NCBI RefSeq assembly: GCF_006345805.1
Contig: NC_043010.1
Location: forward strand, 1,612,001 to 1,676,000
Length of the DNA: 64,000 nucleotides
Source of the DNA: Octopus sinensis
Taxonomy: Eukaryota
Direction: 5' to 3'
The translations under genes were made by a program, and so were the position numbers. Position 1 is the first letter of the stretch. Each line of letters begins with the position of its first letter. A model generated the notes under the pieces. That model did not search any database. It was not told the DNA's origin and saw only the letters and a list, made by a program, of their open reading frames with translations. Below are positions 25,036 to 35,809 of the stretch, one piece after another.

Positions 25036-25687
25036 TACACTTTTACTCTTTATATATGAACAGACAATTTCTTACATTCAGGAGAGGGATTGTTTCTGAG
25101 AAAACAAGATTTCTTTTATTTTTCTTAGAAAAACAAAAAGAAGCTTATATTTTATGAATTCAAATCCACTGAGGCCATCATGTTATGCCTATAGGTAAAG
25201 GTGTGCTTTAACGTCGTAAAGCAGACGGAACCATCGGATGAAAATAGCCCACCTGTATATATTAGAAACTCGACAAACCAATGTAGGAGTGTCTATGTTG
25301 TCAACCAATTAAGCGGAAATAGCAGTCAAATGATACATTACTGTCTTAGGAAAAGGAAGGATACACTGTGTAACTTACTCCTTGCTACGTCTCTATTTTG
25401 GTGGATAAAAGACGAGACAGTCACTTCTCTAATATATACAACGTCTAAAAAAGCAGAGGGGATGGTCATGAGTGGAACGCTTTTGGTTATAAGATTGCTG
25501 GATCACAGAAGTGCTGTGTTAACATGGAAATAAACAACAACAAACATGTATATAAAATATCCCATCTTCTACAGTTAAGTAATAAAAACAAAACTTACAA
25601 CAAAACATTCCCCTCTTCCCCCATACATTATAATGATAATCCGCGTAATTACTACCACAGCAGCCACCACAAATACAAACAAACACC

Positions 25688-25787
25688 NNNNNNNNNNNNN
25701 NNNNNNNNNNNNNNNNNNNNNNNNNNNNNNNNNNNNNNNNNNNNNNNNNNNNNNNNNNNNNNNNNNNNNNNNNNNNNNNNNNNNNNN
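25688..25787. other. Assembly gap (100 N)
   Basis: Run of N. Confidence 1.
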
Positions 25788-25981
25788 CACAATCGACGAT
25801 ATAAACGATTTTGTCTGCTGCCTGCTGACAAAGATATTGCACAATCATAGAATTCTGTGGACATCTGTTTGCCAGAATCATGATGTGACCCGATATATAT
25901 ATATATATATATGTGTAGTTATATATTTCTGTGTGTATGTATGGATGGATGTGTATGTATGTGTATGTATGCATAATATAA

Positions 25982-26014
<33 letters not shown>

Positions 26015-26614
26015 TGTATGTATGTATCTATCTATCTATCTATCTATATATATATATATCAGTTTGGCATTAACTGTCAGAAAAAGAGTACTCGATACCG
26101 TGGTCAATGCGACGATCACACGCTACACACCTTTCTTCCAAGCACTGCTGTAAACAGCGAAATTGAGCTAGAACGTTAAAACTTAGTGCACATGCACAGC
26201 AGAAATCAAGGTCAATCTTTGCCAAGTGGCTTAACTCTGCGTGCTATGCTATAGCTTTGTTACTGTGGTAACAGTTCGGATACTTATTGATCAGACCGCT
26301 ATATGGCCTGACTAGACGTTTGTTAAGCTAAGCACTTTATGGATGCGAAACCATGGGTAACTCTGTAAACTGGCAACAAGTATCTTTATCTAAATACTCT
26401 ACTGGTTTATAACTTAGAGTCTGCTTCTTTTTCGGATTAAATTAAAGTTTCGATATGAAATTTTACAATTTAGCATTGAAAGCTTATTTCGGGTATGTCC
26501 CTAGTAGTGTGCTGTCTGAGCACGTTCACCATTTACGGCTACCAGATGTCATCCACGTGAATGTAATATGGAAGTTGGGTCTACATTTGGAATTCCTCGG
26601 TGCACGTTGAGTAT

Positions 26615-26730
26615 ATTCTAAATGATTTATACGGAAGGCAGAGTGTATTGGAAACTTTATTTATCCCAACGATCGTAATGATAAATAAAGTTACCAATAC
26701 ACTCTGTATTCCGTATCAATCATTTAGAAT
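26615..26730. repeat. Inverted repeat, 51-bp arms with 14-nt loop
   Basis: ATTCTAAATGATTTATACGG..TTTATTTATC vs GATAAATAAAG..ATCATTTAGAAT, 4 mismatches. Confidence 0.9.
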
Positions 26731-27015
26731 GTATGTGTGTGTATGTGTGTGTGTATATATATATATACATATATATATATACATATATATATATGCATAT
26801 ATATATGTGTGTGTGTGTGTGTGTGTATAATATATATATATATATATATATTATACATATACAGTCACTACTACTACTGTTATTTCGGACGCTGGTCATT
26901 TTCACAATTTCAACCAACGAATCTAGTCAACGTGCAAAAACAGCACCACGTGGACTCTGTTGAGACTAGTAAGAAACAATTATGAACTTTTTTATTACAC
27001 TTGACTTTTAAGAAT

Positions 27016-27063
27016 ATTTTTGATAAGGTTGGTTTTTTCAAGAAGAACCGAAACATGTAAAGT
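27016..27063 (+). ncRNA. Minimal type I hammerhead ribozyme motif, U3-A8 variant
   Basis: AUUU-UUGAUAA-GGUU(15 nt)AACC-GAAAC-AU-GUA-AAGU: stem I 4 bp, stem II 4 bp starting G10.1-C11.1, palindromic stem III ACAUGU, GUA triplet. Confidence 0.6.
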
Positions 27064-27197
27064 CTCTACGAAAATTAAAATGTATCTTATATAGTGGCGT
27101 TTATATGACGTCCTGTTTTTGTTATTATTATTATCATTATTGTTTTTATTGTCCCTCCTTTGTGGTCTTTTTGCTTTGCCTTATATTATACATTAAA

Positions 27198-27232
<35 letters not shown>

Positions 27233-27322
27233 CACACACACACACACAGATACATACAAACTAATACACTTGCTTGTTGTTCCCCCGTCTGTCTTCGTCT
27301 TTAATTTTCTGCAAATTTGAAC

Positions 27323-27363
<41 letters not shown>

Positions 27364-27751
27364 GCTTCTTAAATAAGAACACTGTCACTTTTAACAATAT
27401 TCTTGTTTAGGAATATCAAATTTGTACTCTACAAAAGTATAGAGTACCCCCTCAGATTAATGTAAAATTGTTTTTATTATAACTAAACATAAAAACAAAC
27501 ATAAGCACAATGCATATATATATACGTGTGTATATGTGTGTGTGTATGCGAGAGAGAGAGAGTGACGGGGAAAAATTTTGCATACAAGGTACACGTATAC
27601 ATTCGTATATAAATAAATATACATATGAAATATGTATGCATACAATATATACGTACATATATACATAGAGTGTATATGCTTCTTTTTTTATTATTCAAAT
27701 TATATGATAACTGTCTTATATATTAAGATCAACACAGAAACAGATAAATAT

Positions 27752-27797
27752 ATGGTAGTAGTAGTAGTAGTAGTAGTGCTAGTAGTAGTAGTAGTAA

Positions 27798-27842
<45 letters not shown>

Positions 27843-27862
27843 TGGTGGTGGTGGTGGTGGTG

Positions 27863-27898
<36 letters not shown>

Positions 27899-27990
27899 GC
27901 AGTAGTGGTGGTGGTGGTGGTGGTGGTGGTAGTAGTAGTAGTAGTAGCAGTAGTGGTGGTGGTGGTGGTGGTGGTGGTGGTGGTGGCGGT
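27752..27990. repeat. (AGT)n/(GGT)n microsatellite
   Basis: Direct reading. Confidence 0.95.
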
Positions 27991-28451
27991 GGCATTGTAT
28001 CTGCCAAGTAACAAATACTTTAATCAGTGTAGGCAAACAAATACAAGTAAATGAAGACAATATTATTTGTAGAAATATTCTCTGATATTCTCTAATCTGC
28101 AGACGAACGCTCACGTTTCGACATAGGGTCCCACTCATTTGGTGAACACTTTTGTGTAGAGTTGGGAAAGGAAAAGAGAATATGTGACGAAACGAAATTG
28201 TTTGTAATTCAAAAATTTCGGTGTTACGTGTGGTTGCAAATTGCATTTAAAGCGAACGACATTCTCACGCCCCCCCCCCCCCTCACACACACCAACGTCA
28301 TAGGAATTTAGAAGCTTTGTGGGAACGGAAATAATTCTATTTTGGAACGGCAAAACTTGAAACAGATAAAGTTATGAATAATATCTTAGTATCATAATAT
28401 TGGGTTAAAAACCCTTTGTGTGGAAAAAATTGTTTATATATATATATATAT

Positions 28452-29209
28452 ATTAACAATTAAGGAACGGCCATAATAGGCCTTCACCCACTAGAAATAA
28501 ACAGCAAAGCTTCTAATGCAAATAAAGATTATTCCGTAAACAGGAGAAATTAAAAAACATTTACCCTGTAATTTCTTGTACGTATAACCGTTTTCATCCG
28601 CTGTTTAATGGTAAACTAACCTGATTAAATTAATCAAGCCAATCTTCCATAAGCCCTCGGATTCTTCAGCAAGAAATAGCTCAAGTCGGAACAGATATTT
28701 ACACGAGGCATACCCAATCTTGCCAAGGCAATATCTGACCTAAAATTTTCAAATCGTCGCACTCGCGCCAAATTTATCGGCAGCAATAAATATCAGCCGT
28801 CGATTCCATTACGGAATTAACCAAAAATTCATAATTAATCAATATAGGGTGCAAGGAAAATTTTGTAGAATTTTATTGCCACCAGCGGCCCATGGGGAAA
28901 AAATTAAATAGTCATAGACCATTTTTAATTCAACATTAACAATTAAGGAACGGCCATAATAGGCCATTCACCCACTAGAAATACACAGCCAAAGCTTCTT
29001 TTTTTAATTTTCTCCTGTTTACGGATTAATCTTTATTTGCGGTAGAAGCTTTGGCTGTTATTTCTAGTGGTGAATGGCCTATTATGGCCGTTCCTTAATT
29101 GTTAATGTTGACTTAAAATGGTCTATGACTATTTAATTTTTTTTCCCACTGGGCCGCTGGTGGCAATAAAATTCTACAAAATTTTTCCTTGCCACCCTAT
29201 ATTGATTAA
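28452..29209 (-). mobile_element. Non-coding PLE pLTR / retrozyme-like element: 1.13 units of a 483-bp monomer plus an inverted 210-bp segment, inserted in (TA)n
   Basis: ATTAACAATTAAGGAACGGCC at 28452 and 28935 (period 483); arms 28835-28999 and 29044-29209 are inverted; 29000-29043 is the reverse complement of ~28514-28557; (TA)n on both sides. Confidence 0.85.
28571..28677 (-). ncRNA. Type I hammerhead ribozyme with extended stem II
   Basis: AUUUCUUG-CUGAAGA-AUCCG(~57 nt)CGGAU-GAAAAC-G(guuaua)C-GUA-CAAGAAAU: 8-bp stem I, 5-bp stem II, 3-bp stem III, GUA triplet; one extra A in GAAA. Confidence 0.8.
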
Positions 29210-29246
29210 ATATATATATATATATATAATATATATTATATTAGAT

Positions 29247-29565
29247 GGCGCGTGGCTTAGTGGTTAGGGCATTCGGCTCATGATCGTAAGGTTGTGAGTT
29301 CGATTCCCGCGGCGCGCGTTGTGTCCTTGAGCAAGACACTTTATTTCATTTCACGTTGCTCCAGTCCACTCAGCTGGCAAAAATGAGTTGTACTTGTATT
29401 TCAAAGGGTCAGCCTTGTCACTCTCTGTGTCACGCTGATTATCCCGAGAACTACGTTAAGGGTACACGTGTCTGTGGAATGCTCAGCCATTTTGCACGTT
29501 AATTTTCACGAGCAAGCCTGTTCCGTGATCGTATCAGCTGGACCCTCGTCGTCGTAACCGCGAGT
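29247..29565 (+). mobile_element. SINE family B (head B2, tail T1), full length, 14-bp TSD
   Basis: A box TGGCTTAGTGG, B box GTTCGATTCC; ATATTATATTAGAT at 29233-29246 and 29579-29592. Confidence 0.92.
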
Positions 29566-29573
29566 AGTTTTTT

Positions 29574-29830
29574 ATATTATATTATATTAGATTAGAGATA
29601 AAACCACTATTGGCAAATCATACAATGAAAAACTTAAGCCAATACATAAGATTAATTAATTTATATTATTTTAAATATATATCAAAATTATTAAATACTC
29701 ATTATCTTTTTTTAATAATTTTTCATATATATTTAAAATTAAATTAATTAATCTTATGTATTGGCTTAAGTTTTTCATTGTATGATTTGCCTAATAGTGG
29801 TTTTATCTCTAATTTAATATAATATAATAT
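29574..29830. repeat. AT-rich foldback with ~120-bp arms
   Basis: TTAGAGATAAAACCACTATT..CTTAAGCCAATACATAAGATTAATT is mirrored by AATTAATCTTATGTATTGGCTTAAG..AATAGTGGTTTTATCTCTAA. Confidence 0.9.
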
Positions 29831-30285
29831 TTTACTATAAAATTGGATTCAATCCTAAATCTGATTTTTTTCCTGTAAGTTTGGATTTATTCCCTAATAT
29901 TTTATTATTAATATATATCATATATATAATATATATATATATTATATATGTGGTGTGTGTATTGTGTACATATATACACTGCATGCATACATACATACAT
30001 ACATACATACATACATACATACATACATACATACATACATACACAGAAGTAATATTTATCACCACTTCTATATGATTGTTCTGTAGGGTTGAAAACGGTA
30101 GTAACGTCGGTTCCTACGGAACAACCAATTTGAAGTGACGATAAACATTACTTCTCAGTATAATTACGACTTTCATCTCTTATATAGAGTTTTTCTGACT
30201 AGTTATTTTGCTTTATACATACAAGTATATCAGATTAACGAAAAATAGTTTTATTATAAATAAGCATAAAACACACACACACACA

Positions 30286-30341
<56 letters not shown>

Positions 30342-30373
30342 CATACGCACATGCACACACATGTGTTTTTATA

Positions 30374-31430
30374 TTGGGTTGTCCGGAAAGTTCGTGCCGA
30401 TTTTTAAAAGAAAGGAAAAGGTCAATAAATATTTACCATTACATTTTTAATCAACCAAATATGAACCATTTTGTCGCACAATGCGTCTCCATATTTCCTT
30501 TAATTTGAAAATACCTACTTCCCAGAATTGAGGTGGATTCATGGCAAAAAGTTCATCGAGGTATCTTTACGTCATCCAAGGAATTGAAATTTTTGCCATA
30601 AAGACTATTCTGCAGAAACCTGAATAAGTGGAAATCCGAAGGAGCAATATCTGGTGAATATGGAGGGTGGGGTAACTCATCCCAGCCGAACTGCAGCAGC
30701 TTTTGTCTGGTTCCCAAAGAAACGTGCGGCCTTGCATTATCATGTTGGAAAACAACACCCTTCCTGTTGGCCAATTCTGGACGTTTCTCTTGAATTGCTG
30801 CTTTTAACTCATCCAGTTGTGCGCAGTATTTCTCAGAATTAATTGTCTGGTTACTTGGGAGAAGCTCATAGTACATAATTTCTTTCCAATCCCACCAGAC
30901 ACAAAGCAAGACTTTTTTAGGGTGAAGACCTGCTTTTGGGGTGGCTAAGGGTGGCTCATATCGCTTCCTCCAGGATCGCTTTCTCTGAACATTTCGGTAG
31001 ATAACCCATTTCTCATCACCTGTCACAATTTGCTTTTAAAAATGGTGCGTTTTCATTCCGTTTATAAAGCGAATTACAGATGGAAGTGTGATCCAAAACT
31101 TTCTTCTCACTCAACTCATGTGGTACCGAAACATCGCAGCGATTTGTGTACCCAAGCTTTACCAGGTGCTCATGAACGACGGATTTTGATAGGTTGAGGC
31201 TTTCTGCCAATTCTCGGGTTGTGCAATATGGGTTATTCCCAATTAATGACTTGATTTGGTCATCATCTGTGGTGGATGGTCTGCCTGATCGCTCTTTATC
31301 AATAAGGCTACAATCTCCAACTCGGAACCTTGTGAACTACTTCCGTTCAGTTCTTTCGGATAAAGAAACATCACCGTAAACTGCGCCGACTCAGATTTGC
31401 TGGTCGTTTGTCGAAATTTGAAATCATTTT
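30374..31430 (-). mobile_element. mariner (D,D34D) transposon, mellifera-like; one TIR retained
   Basis: TA followed by TIR TTGGGTTGTCCGGAAAGTTCGTGCCGATTT at 30374; the other end is replaced by a SINE A at 31442 and no second TIR was seen. Confidence 0.92.
30447..31420 (-). pseudogene. mariner transposase, frameshifted
   Basis: AVYGD..RSGRPS..TTRELAESLNLSKS..VPHELSE / TGDEKW..LHPKKVLLCVWWD..HDNARPH..HPPYSPDIAPSDFHLF / ..GIFKL..W..IV.QNGSY*; at least 2 frameshifts and 1 stop. Confidence 0.93.
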
Positions 31431-31441
31431 TAATACATAAA

Positions 31442-31660
31442 AAAAGCGGCGAGCTGGCAAAATCGTTAGCATGCCGGGCAAAATGCTTGACGGCATTTCG
31501 TCTGTCTTTAAGTTCTGAGTTCAAATGCAACCAAAGATGACTTCGCCTTTCATCCTTTCAAGGTCTATAAAAGAAATACCAGTTGATAACTGGGGTTGAC
31601 GTAATCGACTAGCTCCCTTCTTCCAGGATTTCAGGCCTTGTACATACAGCAGAAAGGATT
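31442..31660 (+). mobile_element. SINE family A
   Basis: GCGGCGAGCTGGCAAAATCGTTAGC head, GAGTTCAAATG B box. Confidence 0.88.
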
Positions 31661-32015
31661 GTGAATACAAACAAATGGTAGTGTTTATTTAGTGGTACAC
31701 TTCCTCCGTTTTCATTTCTTGTAAATGAATTTGAAAGGAGAAAATAATAAGTTCCGCCTACTTCCCTTCTTTTACATAGAAAATGTGATGGAAATGTTTT
31801 GGAGAACAAAGGAAATGGTTGGAACCTCTGTCTGAAAAGTATGATTTCACGCGTGACGACGTCATGACAGCCTCATTTTCAGACAGCGATCGGAGACTGT
31901 GGATGGAAGCACGTGACCATGTGAAGATCTAGAGTTTGGCTGAACCCGGAAAAAAGCACGAAGAAGATTTCCGGCACCCACCTCAAGGAACCTAAATACA
32001 CACAGACACACACAG

Positions 32016-32049
<34 letters not shown>

Positions 32050-32105
32050 AGGACACACACACAGACACACACACACATGTATATGCATAAATATATACAT
32101 ACATG

Positions 32106-32141
<36 letters not shown>

Positions 32142-32223
32142 GTGTGTGTGTGTGATATATATATATGTATATATATATGTAAATATATATATATGTATAT
32201 ATATATGTATGTATTATATATAT

Positions 32224-32255
<32 letters not shown>

Positions 32256-32742
32256 AATATATATATATATATAATATATAATATATATAGGTGTGTGTTG
32301 TGTGTGATATGTGTATTGCCTAATCAAACATCTATTCAGTTATCTCTTATCAGTAGCGCGTTCACTCATTCGTTCATTCGCTGGCTTGCTATCGCTTCTA
32401 CTTTCGCTTTCCTGCGCGACTTTACCAATTTAATACTATTGTTTAATGTCAGCCATGTCTGATTTACAAATGATAACTTGTACAGCGTCAACAACTGTTG
32501 TGGGTTCCGTTCACACACCATCTTAGTCGGCTCGAGGCGACAGGCTTTTTTTTTCCACTTATTTATTTATTTACTTTATTATTTATCTATTTATTTTTAT
32601 TTCATCTATTGTTTTGTTTATTACCGGAATACTGTGTGGATAAGGAAAACGAGTCGAAGTAAGTTATCGGCATACATAACTTAATATGTGATTATTGTCG
32701 TCACTTATGAGTTTGTCTGTCTGTGTGTTTGCTTGTGTTTGC

Positions 32743-32777
<35 letters not shown>

Positions 32778-33267
32778 GGGCTGTATGTTCTATTCATGGT
32801 TGGGTAATGCATCGAATACATTAGAGTTTGTTACACTTTTGCTTACAGTTCACTTCTGCAAGCTGTCTTCTGTGATGGACCGAGAAACGGACGAGTATTA
32901 GATGCTTTCCTCCCAGTGCACAGCTTCTTCCTCGCAAAAAAACCCCAAAAAAACTCCAGCCCGACTCCCCCACCAGTTGCTTTGCAGTTACAAGCTCACT
33001 TGGCAAGGGATTTCGTAGCAATTGTAGGTCTCGTAGAATGTGAAGACCCAACCTAGTCTATACGTTTTGGTACTTAACAATTATTTCCTCGCTGTCTTTC
33101 ATTGAGATCTGGAAAACAAACGCGCCAGAGTACTACACCCTGCAAGAAGAATTAGCTCAGTGAACAGTCAGCTTCAATATGACTTTTCATAGACTGAATT
33201 TCAGGCATCTTCCTAATGCTAGAAAGAGATAGAGTCCTTTTGGATGTTCATTGATACTGGATGTATT

Positions 33268-33320
<53 letters not shown>

Positions 33321-33884
33321 ATACACACACACACACACAACACACACACATACACACGCGCACGCACACACACATACACACACACGCACACACACACACG
33401 CGCACACACCCTTTCTTTCCACTTTTTTCTCTCTCTATTTCTATCTCTCCCTCACTCTCCCTTTTTCTTTTTCTCTCTCTCTTCCCTTTCCCTTTTCTTC
33501 CTCTCTCACCTTTTCTTTCTCCCTCCTTCCCTCTTTCTTCCTTTCACTCTCCCCCACTTTTCTCCCCCCCCTCTCTCCCACTTTCTATCTGTATGTTTAT
33601 ATTTCTACGTATTGCTGTGTATATGTATGTATGTGCATCCATTTGCCTCAAGTGCCAAAATGCATTATGTCCACAACACGTTGAGTCTCTTGTCAACTAT
33701 GCCAAATCGTCTGCGCCCAAACAGCCGCGCCCAATGTTCTCTTTCCGCGCACAATCAGACTAGGCTTCTTGGAGATGGTGCTCTTAAAGAAACTAGTCTT
33801 CGGAAAGAACTATCTTGAATTATGACCAATATGGCACCAACTTAGGTACCGAGAGATTTTACTTGCTGTCATTGAGATGAGAGT

Positions 33885-34195
33885 GGAGGCGCAATGGCCC
33901 AGTGATTAGGGCAGCGGACTCGCGGTCGGAGGATCGCGGTTTCGATTCCCAGACCGGGCGTTGTGTGTGTTTATTGAGCAAAAACACCTAAAAGCTCCAC
34001 GTGGCTCCGACAGGGCGTGGTGGCGACCCCTGTTGTACTCTTTCGCAACAACTTTCTCTCACTCTCTCATCCTTTTTCTTGAGTAACGCTGCGATGGACT
34101 GGCGTTCCGTCCAGCTGGGGGGGGGGGAACACATACTCCACAGAAACCGGGAAACCGAGCCCATGAGCCTGGCTAGGCTTGAAAAGGGCAACGTT
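33885..34195 (+). mobile_element. SINE family B (head B1, tail T2), full length, 13-bp TSD
   Basis: GGAGGCGCAATGGCCCAGTG..GGTTTCGATTCCC; ATTGAGATGAGAG at 33871-33883 and 34203-34215. Confidence 0.92.
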
Positions 34196-35109
34196 TATCG
34201 TTATTGAGATGAGAGACAGGTTAGCATCAGTGTGCAGCTAATGTCACTTTGTATTCTCTTTGCAGAAGACAGCTATGGCACATTACTGTGAATCTATGGA
34301 CCATCTCTGTCATCTGATAACCAGTGAACGGATGTTTTTATCAGGCATTAGATCAGGCAAGGAATATAAAATACCCAATCAAGAAAAAAGGGCCATAAAG
34401 AGATATAAAAACAGAACACTACAGTCAGCCTTGACAAGTATAACGCGCGCGCGTACACGCACGCGTACACGCACACGTACACTCTCAGACACACACACAC
34501 ACAGAAATAAATAAATATCTCACTTTGCAACCATGTGGTTTTGGGTACAATCCAGCTGCGCGGCACTTTAGGTGTTTGATTTCTACTGTAGCCTTCGGCC
34601 AACCAAAGCCTTGTGAGTGAATTGGGTTGACGGAGACTGTGTGGAATCCCGTCAAATATCTACATATGCGCGTGTGTGTGTGTGTGTGTGTGTATGTGTG
34701 TGAGTGTGTGTGTCTTAGTGTTTGTGCTCACCACTTGATAATCAGTGTCGGTTTGTTTATGCCAGTGTAACTTAGCTTAAGAGGAGATGAGAGAGAGAGA
34801 GAGAGAGAGGAAGAGAAGAGAGGGAGAGAGCGCGCGAGAGAGTACAGATGTCCTGAATGTCACACTGCATCCAATGCATTTCCTTACAATATGTAGGAGT
34901 GCGCAGTGTAGGACAGATTTGGCTATGGGCCAACACCACCGGGAAGATTATCTCTCTGCCCTCGTTGGGCTAGGAAAAGCAAGCAGCTTTCTTCTGCCTG
35001 CTGGCTATGGTGAAATAGGCTGTATGATGGTGGTAGTGATGGTGTTGGTGGTGATGATGAACAAGACTTCAACACTTCTTTCTACGACTAAACCATTATT
35101 AGATTTTTA

Positions 35110-35290
35110 AATTATATATATATAACATGAAAACACAGAGAAATCACAACGCGAGGACGTGGAACAAGTATAGTATTATTGGACGCTCAGGAAGGAAGGA
35201 AAGAAGGAGGGTTTAACGTTTCGAGCGGAACTCTTCGTCAGATACATAGGAAAAGGAAAGATCCAAAGAAGGGAAGACGGAGGGAAAATA
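35110..35290 (-). mobile_element. PLE-type terminal fragment (paralog of 47620-47840)
   Basis: Shared CAACGCGAGGACGTGGAACAA.TATAGTATTATTGGACGCTCAGGAA..GGAGGGTTTAACGTTTCGAGCGGA; flanked by (TA)n. Confidence 0.75.
35211..35245 (-). ncRNA. Minimal type I hammerhead ribozyme motif
   Basis: GUAU-CUGACGA-A-GAGU(ucc)GCUC-GAAAC-GUU-AAAC: intact core, extra A after A9, palindromic AACGUU, one mismatch in stem I. Confidence 0.65.
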
Positions 35291-35809
35291 TATATACACA
35301 CACACTTATGTATATTCATCGAACCTGTGGCATTTTAGTGAAAATATAATTGCCATTAGCCTCAGTTTGGTTCAAATCTTGTGAGTGAAATTGAATAGAC
35401 TGAAAGACTATGGCAGAATGTGGGATAAAGTGCATCTCTACTTCAAGACCTACAGCCTTGTCACACACACTGTGTCATACACACTGTGTCACACTGATTC
35501 TGCCTGAAAACCACCTTGATACACAGGTGAGTGGAACACTCAACCACTAACATGTTAATTCAGGTGCAGGTTAATCAATTGAGCAAACAACTAAATCCTA
35601 AGTGCCACGCGGTGGTGATCCACACGCGTGCGGGCGGGCGCACACACACGTAGTATGTATGTATGTAGACATATGTATATAGACATATGCTAATGTTTCT
35701 TTTTATTATGCCGTAATAAAAGCTATCTTGAATTAAAATGATGGATTGCTCAATACTTTTAGCAGATTCCAAACTTATTATTTTTTTTAACAAGAATAGT
35801 ATCGATAGT

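Noticed and set aside
29247-29320. tRNA-like cloverleaf heads
   Set aside because: These are SINE heads with A and B boxes continuing into core and tail modules, not tRNA genes.
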